A stretch of 61,184 nt of DNA, filler included, from a bacterium (GTDB lineage Bacteria > UBP15 > UBA6099 > JAJRTR01): the NCBI GenBank assembly GCA_024278215.1. It is 3 parts of 3 records of this genome, joined end to end, with 100 filler letters (N's around TTAATTAATTAA, not from the genome) between each part and the next. Parts side by side here need not be neighbours in the genome. Positions count along the whole stretch, not along the records: positions 25,040 to 54,241 come from JAJRTR010000200.1; positions 54,342 to 61,184 come from JAJRTR010000028.1; 1 more part is not named here. One strand, written 5' to 3'. Shown piece by piece: positions 51,011 through 61,050 of the stretch (positions within the stretch are counted from its first letter, which is position 1; each line of letters opens with the position of its first letter). Position numbers and translations under genes: made by a program. The notes beneath the pieces were generated by a model. The model saw nothing but the letters and a program-made list of their open reading frames with translations. It was not told where the DNA came from and made no database searches.

Positions 51011-52531
51011 CTACTGTATCAAAACAGGCATGCCCATGGCGGGCCAGATGAATCTTATAAATATTGCAAGCACAAGCAACAGGATTATGCTGGCCGGAAT
51101 ACCGGCAGCGAAGAATTCGCCGGATGAAAACTGTTTGCTGCCGTAAGCGATGGCATTTGGGGCGGCTCCGACAAGCAACATAAACGGCATACCGGCAACG
51201 GCAAGCGAGGCGAACAGAATCACCTCGGGCGCTACGCCTATATATGGCGCTATAACCAGCGCTACAGGCAGTGAGATTGCTATCGCCGCGACGTTCATAA
51301 TTATGTTCGTCAATATAAGTACCAGGAAAGCTATACTCATCACGAAAACGAACCAGGGGGCGTTTCGGAACAGGACCATCCAATTGACCGCCAGCCATTC
51401 GGCGGCACCGGTCTGCCACAAACAGAATCCGATGCTCATGGCACCACCGAAAAGCAGGATGATATTCCACGGAACGTCTTCAAGGTCCTCAATATCCAGA
51501 ATCTTGAACGCAAAGAACATAACAGTGACGACAAGTATGACGGCACTCTTATGAAAAGGTTTAAGTTCCGGTATGAAAGACCTCGCACCGAGAAAAGCTA
51601 TACACAAAAAAACAAGAACTATGGAAATTATTTCCTGAGTAGTGATCGGACCGAGTTTATGATGTAGTTCCATCGCTCGTTTTCGCAGCCCCGGTATGGT
51701 CTTTTTTTCCGGTTTGTACACGATAATAAAATATACCCATAGAATAATAGTCATCAGCACGCCCAGCGGCAGCATGAAGTAGGTGAGCCTGAAGAATGTG
51801 ATTTCATAGCCGGTGATGTCCCTGAAAAAGCCGATGGCGACCGCCCCGCGTGCCGCTCCCAGAAGGGTGATTATGCTGCCCGCGCCGGCGACGTAAGCCA
51901 TTCCCATGAAAAGCCCCTTGCCGAACTTCGTTTCCTTGTCTCCTTCGCCATATAATGAATAAATCGCCATAAGCAATGGGAAGATCGTCGCCGCCACCGC
52001 GGTATGTGCCATCACCAGCGTCATAGCGGACGTCATGAGAAAACAACCAAGATATATCATACTCGTTCTTTCTCCCACGAGAGAAAGCATCTTGTATGCC
52101 ATTCGTTTTGTGAGCCCCGTCTTGGTGAAAACGAGTCCGATCACGATGGAACCGAAAATGAACCAGACCGAAGGATCGAGGAAATCCGTCAGGGCGGTCC
52201 GTGTGTTGCGTATGAGAAATATCGACTGGAATACTCCGATAGCTATGCTGGTAACACCTATGGGCACCACTTCCGTGACCCACCATGTGACCGCAAGCAG
52301 GAACAGCGCCAACGCGGCTTTTCCCTCTCGCGTCAGGGCAAAATGTTTTCCCATGGGGTCCACGGCGTCAGGAAGCGGCGGCGCGAGATACAACATCGCG
52401 AAAAGCCCCACTCCCAGCAACAGCAGGATGGTTCTTTTCATATCCAACTTCGCCGGTTTCTTGTATATCCGGCGACTCTTTCCATTTTGTTTCTTATATG
52501 CCATGTAAGAAATATCCCTTCGGTATTCCAT
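51011..52531 (-). CDS. SLC13/DASS-family anion:sodium symporter (alternative start 52504)
   Basis: Many TM helices, WWVTEVVP, VPWNIILLFGG, GAAPNAI. Confidence 0.9.
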   Translation of the reverse strand: MEYRRDISYMAYKKQNGKSRRIYKKPAKLDMKRTILLLLGVGLFAMLYLAPPLPDAVDPMGKHFALTREGKAALALFLLAVTWWVTEVVPIGVTSIAIGVFQSIFLIRNTRTALTDFLDPSVWFIFGSIVIGLVFTKTGLTKRMAYKMLSLVGERTSMIYLGCFLMTSAMTLVMAHTAVAATIFPLLMAIYSLYGEGDKETKFGKGLFMGMAYVAGAGSIITLLGAARGAVAIGFFRDITGYEITFFRLTYFMLPLGVLMTIILWVYFIIVYKPEKKTIPGLRKRAMELHHKLGPITTQEIISIVLVFLCIAFLGARSFIPELKPFHKSAVILVVTVMFFAFKILDIEDLEDVPWNIILLFGGAMSIGFCLWQTGAAEWLAVNWMVLFRNAPWFVFVMSIAFLVLILTNIIMNVAAIAISLPVALVIAPYIGVAPEVILFASLAVAGMPFMLLVGAAPNAIAYGSKQFSSGEFFAAGIPASIILLLVLAIFIRFIWPAMGMPVLIQ

Positions 52532-52635
52532 AACACATTTTCGCGAAATCGCCCTGAAAGGCTTATATATGATGTCAGTTATCGTCTATTGCTGATCGAC
52601 AATTGTCGACATGAACTTATTGCACATTACCCATT

Positions 52636-52802
52636 GAGGCAATTGCAAAATTCTGACTCTGCTGCGATTGTCCATAGCTGCGTTGTCGGCATAAAATCGT
52701 CCTCGACGTACTCTACAAGTACGTCTGCAATGATTTTACACCTACGCCTTGCACTGAACAATTTCGCTCGACCTCGCTACGAACATAATTTGCAATTGGC
52801 TC
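52636..52802 (-). mobile_element. family A element, inverted, with a short internal deletion (167 bp)
   Basis: GAGGCAATTGCAAAATTCTGA...CATAATTTGCAATTGGCTC; CCATT on both flanks. Confidence 0.88.
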
Positions 52803-52805
52803 CCA

Positions 52806-53336
52806 TTATTCATTCAGAAGATGGTATATCCTGTCGAAAACATCTACAGAACGAACGACGCCCACGACAGTTTCTCCGTCAAGCACGGGAATAAGCGCCA
52901 CATTGTTTTCCACCATCTCATACACGATTTTGCCGAGATGATCCTCGTGAGTGACTGTTCCTTTTACAGGCTTCAGTATTTCATCTACCGTTCGTTGCGT
53001 CTTCGTCTTTATCTCTTCTATGAGGTGGTCATAGTTAAGCTCGGTAAGGTTGGGATCAATCCTTACATCGAACAGCATCTTTCTGTACCCCATAGATTTT
53101 GACGAGAGAAAATCGGGCTCAAGCCCTCTGAGTATGTCCCGCCTTCTCACTATTCCCATCAAATCGTCGTTCTCATTAAAAACCAGCAGCACACGTGGTA
53201 GTGATGTCTTGCCGTTGATCTGAAGATGTGTCCGGTCGAAAACCTCCATAGCATCCAGAAGCGTACAATTCGTATTTATATACGGATAATCCTTAAGCGG
53301 AATCATAATGTCATTCGCTCTTTCAGCATTCTGCAT
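52806..53336 (-). CDS. CBS-domain protein, co-oriented upstream of the SLC13 gene
   Basis: ANDIMIP, GIVRRRDIL, IPVLDG..VGVVR..D; GGAGG RBS. Confidence 0.88.
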   Translation of the reverse strand: MQNAERANDIMIPLKDYPYINTNCTLLDAMEVFDRTHLQINGKTSLPRVLLVFNENDDLMGIVRRRDILRGLEPDFLSSKSMGYRKMLFDVRIDPNLTELNYDHLIEEIKTKTQRTVDEILKPVKGTVTHEDHLGKIVYEMVENNVALIPVLDGETVVGVVRSVDVFDRIYHLLNE

Positions 53337-53501
53337 GTTCTGCCTCCTCTCAAGGTAGAATCAGGCTTATAGCGCAATTGTATTTGCAATTTGCACGGGC
53401 AGAAAATATCAGCTCCCTCAATCGCAACAACATAAAAGCATTTTCAATGGATTCAGTACCGGCCAGAGGAACTTCCTGTTGTCCTCGCTATAGACGACAG
53501 G

Positions 53502-53520
53502 ATAATTCTGCAATTGGCTC
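53502..53520 (-). repeat. solo family A terminal repeat
   Basis: ATAATTCTGCAATTGGCTC. Confidence 0.55.
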
Positions 53521-53700
53521 CACCGGATAAGACTTTCCGGGAATAGCTTTCCTGTTCATGTTTTTTCATAAACGGATTTTCCGACTGCTTCTTGACACCC
53601 GATGTATCCAACAGTATAATTAACTGTAGGCAAAAGTCAAGTGCAAAAAATAATTCAGGACACACAGTATATTTACCTGTAGGGAGATGTCAAGATATAA

Positions 53701-54045
53701 ATGGTGAAATACAAGACGCACACCAGAGAAGAACTGGAGCAATTTGAACAAGAGTATGAGCATTTGAAGCAAAGAATATTGGCCCTCGGGCATGTTGTGC
53801 AGGGTTCGTTGACTGAAAGAATGATGGTATGCGGAAAGCCCGAATGCCGATGTCATGCGGACCCGGAATATCGACATGGTCCTTATATACAATTTAGCTG
53901 GAAGGAAGACGGAAAAACAATATCGGTTTATCTCACGGAGGAGCAGGCTGAATTATGCAGGAAGTGGATCGCAAACAATCATGAACTCGAAGAAATCATT
54001 CATCAGATGAGAAATATATCGAGAAATATCGTACGCTTTAAATGA
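53701..54045 (+). CDS. DUF6788-like small protein, a type often found beside IS elements
   Basis: GSL....CGKPECRC....HGPY...W..GKT motif. Confidence 0.8.
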   Translation: MVKYKTHTREELEQFEQEYEHLKQRILALGHVVQGSLTERMMVCGKPECRCHADPEYRHGPYIQFSWKEDGKTISVYLTEEQAELCRKWIANNHELEEIIHQMRNISRNIVRFK

Positions 54046-54048
54046 TAA

Positions 54049-54226
54049 GAGCCAATTGTAAAATTATGTTCGTAGCGAGGTCGAGCGGAATTGTTCAGAG
54101 CAAGGCGGTGGTGTAAAATCCTCGCAGGCGTACTTGTAAAGTACGTCGAGGACGATTTCGCGCCGACAACGCAGCTATGGACAATAGCAGCCGACCGCAG
54201 CAGAATTAGAATTTTGCAATTGGCTC
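54049..54226 (+). mobile_element. family A element, full copy (178 bp)
   Basis: GAGCCAATTGTAAAATT...AATTTTGCAATTGGCTC; flanks GATAA/AATAA are an imperfect duplication. Confidence 0.88.
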
Positions 54227-54241
54227 AATAAGAGTGGAAGA

Positions 54242-54341
54242 NNNNNNNNNNNNNNNNNNNNNNNNNNNNNNNNNNNNNNNNNNNNTTAATTAATTAANNN
54301 NNNNNNNNNNNNNNNNNNNNNNNNNNNNNNNNNNNNNNNNN
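54242..54341. other. assembly gap with artificial spacer
   Basis: N run containing TTAATTAATTAA. Confidence 0.97.
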
Positions 54342-55049
54342 CAGGCGCGCGGCGTCGTCGAGCGTCTTCCGCTGGTTGATGCAGAGCATGACATCCTGGA
54401 CCATAGCATCCTCGGGGTTCAGGTAATGCGTGTCGTTCGTTGCAATCAGCGGTATTGAAAGTTCCCGCGAAAGATCACACAGCACCCGGTTGACTTTGCG
54501 CTGTTCGGCAAGACCGTGGTCCATCAACTCGAAGTAGAAATTACCTTCGCCGAATGTTTTCAGGTGCCACAGCGCGGCCTCCTTTGCCGCCTCGATATTA
54601 TCCTGCATAATCAGCTTGGGAATCTCGCCGCCCAGGCATGCGGAAGATGCTATAAGTCCATCGCTCAGTTCGGCGAGAAGAGCCCTGTCCGCCCTCGGTT
54701 TGTAGTAGAAACCTTTTGTGTACGCCAGAGAAACGATGCGCGTCAGATTTTTGAATCCGATTTCGTTTTTTGCAAGCAGCAGCAGATGGTAAGCGCCTTT
54801 GTCGTATGGATGTTCCTTCTGGTCCATACGGCGGGGCGCAACATATATTTCACAGCCGTATATCGGTTTTACATCAGCTTTTCTGGCTTCCTTGTGGAAC
54901 TTCACCATTCCAAACATGACGCCGTGATCGGTCATGGCGACGGTATCCATGCCAAGCTCTTTAACTTTTGCCATGAGAGCGTTTATTCTTATGACCCCGT
55001 CGAGCAGGCTGTATTCAGTATGAACATGCAGATGAACAAAATCCGGCAT
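54342..55049 (-). CDS. dnaE: DNA polymerase III alpha subunit, N-terminal PHP domain (truncated by gap)
   Basis: FVHLHVHTEYSLLDG, TDHG, FYYKPR, SACLGGE, ATNDTHY. Confidence 0.93.
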
Positions 55050-55073
55050 TTATATCCTCCACGGATTGCCTGA

Positions 55074-55116
55074 GAGTCAATTGCAGAATCGTATTCTACT
55101 GTACCCGCCTGCAATC
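55074..55116 (-). repeat. highly degenerate family A end
   Basis: GAGTCAATTGCAGAATCGTATTCTACTG resembles GAGCCAATTGCAAAATTCTGATTCTGCTG. Confidence 0.4.
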
Positions 55117-55468
55117 CAGCTCCAATGACATATCGCGCAAAAACATCTATTTGCGGTCTTTGCAATACTTTTCAGCACTATCGCAAATATTCACCACTAT
55201 TTGCGCACAAATAACCATTTCACACCATTATTATATAATATATTCTGCTATATGGAAGGAGGAACAGAATATTCTTATGGACCAATTATATTCACTACAA
55301 GCCCGACCGCACCGGTTCGTTTACGGCACAATGAACTACAAACCGGCATTCATGACAAGCGTTGCAAGGTGACGCACGAAAATCAAAAAGTGGCCTGCCA
55401 CATCGACCGGCCCCTTTATATTTCCGTTTCATGTTGTAAACGAACTTGTGCTTTTATAAAAACCGAAC

Positions 55469-56323
55469 TCAGTTGTCATAAGTGTAGAAGCCCCTGCCCG
55501 ATTTGCGCCCCAGATGTCCGGCGTCGACCATCTTTTTGAGCAGCGGGCAGGGCCTGTATTTCGGATCGCCGTAGCCGGTAGTCAGCCTTTCCATGACATT
55601 GAGGCATACGTCCAGACCGATGAAGTCAGCCAGCGTGAGCGGTCCCATCGGATGGTTCATTCCCAGCTTCATACCGGTGTCGATCGACTCTGCGTCGCCG
55701 ACGCCCTCCCACAGTGCGAAAACCGCTTCATTGATCATTATCATTATCAGACGGCTCGTCGCGAAACCGGGGAAGTCGTTGATCTCGATAGGCGTCTTGC
55801 CGAGTTTAACGCTGAGTGCCTCGATAGTCTTATATGTCTCGTCGGAAGTGTCGTAGCCGCGTATGATCTCGATGAGTTTCATCATCGGCACCGGGTTGAA
55901 GAAGTGCATGCCGATGACTCTGTCGGGACGGCCTGTGGCGGCGGCTACCTGCGTGATCGACTGCGAGGAGGTGTTCGTCGCCAGAATCGCGTCTGCCGGC
56001 ATGACAGCGTCGCAATCTTTGAACACTTTTTTCTTCAGTTCGATGTTCTCGTTTACCGCTTCAACCATGAGCTGCGCGTCTTCCGCACCGTCATAAGTCG
56101 TGACCGCTTTGATTCTTCCGAGCGCAGCCTGTTTGTCATTTTCCGTGATCTTTTCCTTTTTAACCATGCGCCCCAGGTTTTTTTCGATTGCGGAAATGCC
56201 GCGTTGCACAAACTCGTCGCTGATGTCTTTCAGCAACACTTCCAGTCCGGCCTGCGCACATACGTGAGCGATGCCGTTTCCCATTGTCCCCGCTCCAAGC
56301 ACCAGTACTTTTTTTATTTCCAT
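55469..56323 (-). CDS. hbd: 3-hydroxybutyryl-CoA dehydrogenase
   Basis: GAGTMG, ATNTSS, GMHFFNP, NHPMGP, GRKSGRGFY. Confidence 0.92.
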   Translation of the reverse strand: MEIKKVLVLGAGTMGNGIAHVCAQAGLEVLLKDISDEFVQRGISAIEKNLGRMVKKEKITENDKQAALGRIKAVTTYDGAEDAQLMVEAVNENIELKKKVFKDCDAVMPADAILATNTSSQSITQVAAATGRPDRVIGMHFFNPVPMMKLIEIIRGYDTSDETYKTIEALSVKLGKTPIEINDFPGFATSRLIMIMINEAVFALWEGVGDAESIDTGMKLGMNHPMGPLTLADFIGLDVCLNVMERLTTGYGDPKYRPCPLLKKMVDAGHLGRKSGRGFYTYDN

Positions 56324-56494
56324 ATCTTTGTCTCCTTTCGGCTCTTCCTCGTTTGCATTTTGCTTCTTTATAATAATCTATTAGCAGACAGCTTTTTAAT
56401 CAATATGACGACAATCTTTTGTACGTCCAAAATAAAAGACCGCCTCGAAACCGAAGCGGCCTGTTGTCGATGCTGCGCGGATATTCACCTGTGC

Positions 56495-57589
56495 CTATTC
56501 GAAATATCTCAGGTCGATACCTCTTTTTTCGAGTTTCGGCAGAAATTCGTCGGGTTCGAGTGCAGATTCCGCCGCATGAACACCGGGTTTGTCGAGTTCT
56601 CCGCGTGCTATCATCAGCGCGCCTTCGACACACGGAATACTTGTAATCTCGGCAATGTGCCCTACTCCTGTATAGTAATTATGCGTTCGCTTTCCTTCGT
56701 TTTTACCGTAGACGTCGATCCTGAAAACGGACTTGTCGACGCCGCCTCCGCTGAAAACACCTTTTTCTTCGAGCGGTACAAGTATTTTCGCCAGGCGGTC
56801 GCGTTTTTTGGGCGTGTTGGCCAATCTAAGAAAACCGAACACTGTAGCCAACGTCGAGATATAAGGTGGATGTGTTCCGCCATGCAGAGTCACTTCCTTG
56901 AGTCCCGGCAGGTTCATCGGCACAGAAACGGATTCCGCATGGCCCGTATAATAAACCGGCAGTTTGCCGATAGGTTCGGGAAATTCGACAACCCGTCTGT
57001 TCATACCTGTCTTGACTTTTACCCTCTTGCCGTCTTTCCACTGGATGGTCTTGCCCGCGAAAATGTGCAGTACATGTTTTACGTTCGCCTCGCCGACATC
57101 TTCGCCCGAGCCGCCCGCCCACTGGATGTGTATCTTCTCCGGCGTGTCCATCGACTGGTAGCCCTTCTTCGCCAGCAGGTTCGTGATACCCGGCGAATTG
57201 CCCAGTCCACAGATCACTGTTACTTTCTTTTCCTTTGCCTTTTCGTCCAGTTCGATGACTTCGAGATAGGCGTCGAAATCGTCCATAATGCTTACATAGG
57301 GTGTTCCCGCCTCTATGCAGGCGCCCACAATATTCTTCTCGAACTTGTAGAACGGACCGATGAATCCGAGCGCGACATCGTAGTCCTTCACCGCTTCGGT
57401 TATCGTCGCGGGGTCCATGGCGTCCACTTTGCAGGCTGTGGCCTTCGGCCCCATTTCCGAGGCGGTTTTCTCCGCCTTCTCAAGATTTATGTCAGCTATC
57501 ATTACCTCTTCTACATCCTGCTCGTCCACAAGCAGTTTCACGGCGACGACAGCCATGTCTCCACATCCGCCCAATACTATTGTCTTCAT
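56495..57589 (-). CDS. saccharopine dehydrogenase-family NAD(P)-dependent oxidoreductase
   Basis: LGGCGDM Rossmann, GPFY, GLGNSPGITN, GHAE; GGAGGTG RBS. Confidence 0.85.
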   Translation of the reverse strand: MKTIVLGGCGDMAVVAVKLLVDEQDVEEVMIADINLEKAEKTASEMGPKATACKVDAMDPATITEAVKDYDVALGFIGPFYKFEKNIVGACIEAGTPYVSIMDDFDAYLEVIELDEKAKEKKVTVICGLGNSPGITNLLAKKGYQSMDTPEKIHIQWAGGSGEDVGEANVKHVLHIFAGKTIQWKDGKRVKVKTGMNRRVVEFPEPIGKLPVYYTGHAESVSVPMNLPGLKEVTLHGGTHPPYISTLATVFGFLRLANTPKKRDRLAKILVPLEEKGVFSGGGVDKSVFRIDVYGKNEGKRTHNYYTGVGHIAEITSIPCVEGALMIARGELDKPGVHAAESALEPDEFLPKLEKRGIDLRYFE

Positions 57590-57743
57590 CCGGCACCTCC
57601 TCTGGGTTTCTGAATTATATCTTTTATATTTTACACCCAAAACCGGTTCCGCAACAATTTTCGCAATCAATTCTTTTTCACTTCAATTTCAGGAATCTTG
57701 ATTGCGGCATGTTTTTAATGCAAAATGATCATTACACATAGCG

Positions 57744-59000
57744 ATGACAACCAAAGGGAAAACAACAGAACCATTTGCCGATTGTGTTCAAACACCCGGG
57801 TGGGTGATCGGACTCGATCTTGGCGGCACCAAATTGGCATCGGCGCTTTTCAGCGTGGCCGAAGACGGAAATATTGGATTCGTGCGGGCACTGAAAAACA
57901 AAACGTATGATGACATACTGGGCGCAGAACAAGACAGAAACACAGGCACCGCGGAGTGCTCCCGCCGGATAGAGGACGCGATGGTGGCGTCTGTAGAGGA
58001 ATTGCGCGGCGGCCGGTCTCCCGCCTCCGGCTCTGTCGGTATTTGCAGCGCCGGTTTCGTCGAAAACGGCATGATCATCGAAGCATGGAACACAGGGATG
58101 AAAAACTATCCGCTGAGGCGGAATGTCGCCCGCCGAACCGGAATGAGAGCATTCCTCTACAAAGACGCGTGGGCTCCCGTTTTCGGTCTTCAGCCCTGCG
58201 AACCCTCGATTATTTTCAGCATCGGCACCGGGCTCGGCGGTGTTTCCTGCGAACCCGGCAACATCATAGAAATACGAAGTTATACCTCACGACATAAGCC
58301 TAAATGGATACCGCATCTTTATTGTAACGACGATCCGGGCTACGCCGTTTCCTTCTCACGCGGCATGCTGTCCGCAATTATTGAAAGGGTTATAATAACA
58401 AATAAAACGCGCTTCCCCGGAACCACCATCCCGACACTCGACAACAGCACCGCTCCGGCACTCGCGAATAAAATATTCGAACTGGGCCGCGCGCGCGGCA
58501 GGCTGACCCCATCACGACCTGAACTTTTCGCCGCACGCATTCTCGCCCCGAAAGCTGTTGCAGGCATGAGACCGGGAGCGGTCTTTGCTGACCTTGTCTG
58601 CGCTGCGGAAACAGTTCCTTTCCTTTATGAATGCATCTCCGGCAGACAGATCGCTCCGGCAGCGCTCGATCTTCTGCTCGTGCAAAACGATCCGGCGGCC
58701 TCGCTCGCCGCTCTCATACACGCGTGGTTCATTGGTTATACACTTTTCAGAATGCAGAAGGAAAGAATTGAATTCAAGCTGCCGTCCGCCCGAAAGATAT
58801 TCGGCACCGGTTCCGGTTTCAACAAGGTAAACGCACCTTTAATAGGGAAAGATATTGTTGATGCAATGAATGCGTTTTGTGCTGAAGCAGGCATAGAAGA
58901 GGTGAAGACCGGCCCGGTGGAATTGATAGACACCGGAGAAATGCCGACAACATTCGCCTGCATGGGTGCCGCTGCGGGCGCCGCGATGGGGATCAAATAG
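57744..59000 (+). CDS. divergent ROK-family (ASKHA) protein
   Basis: GLDLGGTK and SIGTGLGG present; C-terminal MGAA. Confidence 0.7.
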   Translation: MTTKGKTTEPFADCVQTPGWVIGLDLGGTKLASALFSVAEDGNIGFVRALKNKTYDDILGAEQDRNTGTAECSRRIEDAMVASVEELRGGRSPASGSVGICSAGFVENGMIIEAWNTGMKNYPLRRNVARRTGMRAFLYKDAWAPVFGLQPCEPSIIFSIGTGLGGVSCEPGNIIEIRSYTSRHKPKWIPHLYCNDDPGYAVSFSRGMLSAIIERVIITNKTRFPGTTIPTLDNSTAPALANKIFELGRARGRLTPSRPELFAARILAPKAVAGMRPGAVFADLVCAAETVPFLYECISGRQIAPAALDLLLVQNDPAASLAALIHAWFIGYTLFRMQKERIEFKLPSARKIFGTGSGFNKVNAPLIGKDIVDAMNAFCAEAGIEEVKTGPVELIDTGEMPTTFACMGAAAGAAMGIK

Positions 59001-59063
59001 ACACATTTACCGCGCCGCAAACGACAATATATCGTCGCTTGCGGCGGAAGCTGTGGTATAATT

Positions 59064-60548
59064 CTATTCTTTCGCGCCTACCGGTTTGCCGTGAATCTTC
59101 TCTTTCAGGAATTCAGTGGCACGCTTTATCATTATGTCTTCTTCGCTCTTTTTTATATCATCAGGATTCTTTTCGATGTCCAGGATGCCGGTTGTTTCAT
59201 CAAGCTGCATCGAGTAATTGAAAAGCTTTGCCACATCGTCTACAGCGATAAACTTCTCGTTGTCTACTTCCTTGTACCTGATATCCGTCAGTGGCATTCC
59301 ATTGAAAATAATGCCGTTTTTCCCCTTCAGTTCGGCGAGTGGGAATTTCGCGACTTTGCCATATTCCCTGCCGTCGTCTTTCTGCGATTTGTGGACGTCT
59401 ACCTGCTTTTTGGAGACAATGATATCCGGAACAATTCCTTTTTTATTGATGTCACGCTTTTTAGCAGTGAGATACCGGTCGGTGGTGATCAGAACAGCTG
59501 AGTTGTCGCTCAGTCGGTAAACCGTCTGCACGAGCCCCTTGCCGAAAGTCGTATGCCCCATGAGAGTCGCAACGCCGTCGTCATGGAGCGCACCGGATAC
59601 GATCTCCGAAGCGGAAGCGCTGTATTCGTTGACGAGAACGACCGTGGGACAATTGATAATTTTCTGACCGCGCTCGGCATAGTAAGTAGTCAACCTGCCG
59701 TCCCTGTTTTCGCGGTGTACGATGGGGCCTTCGTCAATAAAAAGATTAGCGATTTTCACAGCGGAGTCGAGCAGTCCGCCGGGGTTGTTGCGAAGATCGA
59801 GAATGAAACCTTTCATGCCTTCTTTGTTGAATTTATTTATGTTGTCACGCAACTTGTTGCGGGAAACCTCGCTGAATGTTTCGAGCTTCACATAGCCGAT
59901 TTCTCCGTCGATCATCTTGGCTTTGTTGATCGGTTTCAGTTCGATTATATCGCGGATGATGTCATAGTCTTTTCCATCTGAATCGAGACCTGGACGCCAG
60001 ATAGTGAGCGTAACCTTCTCGCCCGGCTCGCCGCGGATTCGAGCCACGGCATCGTCGAGCGCCATATCTTCCGTGGAAGTGCCGTCAATCTTTATTATGA
60101 TGTCGCCTGATACGAGGCCGGCCTTGAATGCGGGCGTGCCCTCGAGCGGCGATATTACCGTCAATTGCTGGTTCCTGATCCCTATGACGATCCCCACACC
60201 GCCGAATTTGCCTTTCGTTTCAATCGACATGTTTTCATACGATTCGGGGTCCATGAATCGCGTGTACTGATCGCCCAGTGACCGCAGCATGCCTCGGATT
60301 GCACCGTATTCGAGCTCAGTCTGTTTATCTTCATTATCGAGTTTTTCGAGATAATACCTGTTTATGAGATGATATACTTCCATCAGGCGGTTGAATTCAC
60401 CGGCATTTGAAAAACCGCCCTGCGCCTGAACTTTTTCCACTCCCAGCAGCTTCAAAATACGGGATTCATTCCTTCCGCCCCAGAACGACATTGCTATGAT
60501 CACAAGGAAAAGTGCAAAATAGAAAAAAACTCTGAAAGTACGTTTCAT
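59064..60548 (-). CDS. S41 carboxyl-terminal processing protease with PDZ domain
   Basis: GGVGI PDZ, DLRNNPGG, SASASE, FGKGLVQ. Confidence 0.93.
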   Translation of the reverse strand: MKRTFRVFFYFALFLVIIAMSFWGGRNESRILKLLGVEKVQAQGGFSNAGEFNRLMEVYHLINRYYLEKLDNEDKQTELEYGAIRGMLRSLGDQYTRFMDPESYENMSIETKGKFGGVGIVIGIRNQQLTVISPLEGTPAFKAGLVSGDIIIKIDGTSTEDMALDDAVARIRGEPGEKVTLTIWRPGLDSDGKDYDIIRDIIELKPINKAKMIDGEIGYVKLETFSEVSRNKLRDNINKFNKEGMKGFILDLRNNPGGLLDSAVKIANLFIDEGPIVHRENRDGRLTTYYAERGQKIINCPTVVLVNEYSASASEIVSGALHDDGVATLMGHTTFGKGLVQTVYRLSDNSAVLITTDRYLTAKKRDINKKGIVPDIIVSKKQVDVHKSQKDDGREYGKVAKFPLAELKGKNGIIFNGMPLTDIRYKEVDNEKFIAVDDVAKLFNYSMQLDETTGILDIEKNPDDIKKSEEDIMIKRATEFLKEKIHGKPVGAKE

Positions 60549-60765
60549 TTAATGTCTCCTGAACATGTGAAAATTGTACAATAAAACAAAAACAGATCGA
60601 ATACTTCGCATAAATGTCAAGTATAGCCTATTTTCCCGATCAAGTAAAATAATTACAGCGGTTATCAATTTGAATTGCGTATGTGAAATCGAGAAATAAC
60701 ATAGAGCGCCGCGCAGCTAAAGTGCCGTTTCCGATGTGCATGATAGTCCGTTCACAGGTAGCTGC

Positions 60766-60879
60766 GACGGTACATCTGAAATTTCTGGAATGCAACGACT
60801 GTGTCGTTGCAACTGTGAAGAAGTCGCATTTCGCAAAAACTGACGTTATTGCATTCCAGGATTTTCTGACAGTGCCGTT
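60766..60879. repeat. ~114-bp element bounded by ~34-bp imperfect inverted repeats
   Basis: GACGGTACATCTGAAATTTCTGGAATGCAACGAC pairs with GTTATTGCATTCCAGGATTTTCTGACAGTGCCGTT. Confidence 0.6.
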
Positions 60880-60898
60880 AAACTCAAAATCCGTGGGT

Positions 60899-60926
60899 TG
60901 TTATTCTGAGCGAAGCGAAGAATCTC
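60899..60926 (+). repeat. REP-like short palindromic motif
   Basis: TGTTATTCTGAGCGAAGCGAAGAATCTC resembles the widespread GTCATTCTGAGCGAAGCGAAGAATCT repeat; single copy here. Confidence 0.55.
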
Positions 60927-61050
60927 CAGGTGTTTAAGTATTATTCTCAGTGCTCCCCGTAAACAGTTACATAATTATTCTACCCACACAAAATAGCGAA
61001 GAGGCATAAATATTATATTCATGTACCGCCTGCAAAGAATAATTTCAGTA

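Noticed and set aside
55514-57613. Long antisense ORFs (699 aa here; 532 aa at 15985-17583; 542 aa at 44986-46614; 394 aa at 40596-41780)
   Set aside because: Shadow frames of well-supported opposite-strand genes; no motifs of their own.
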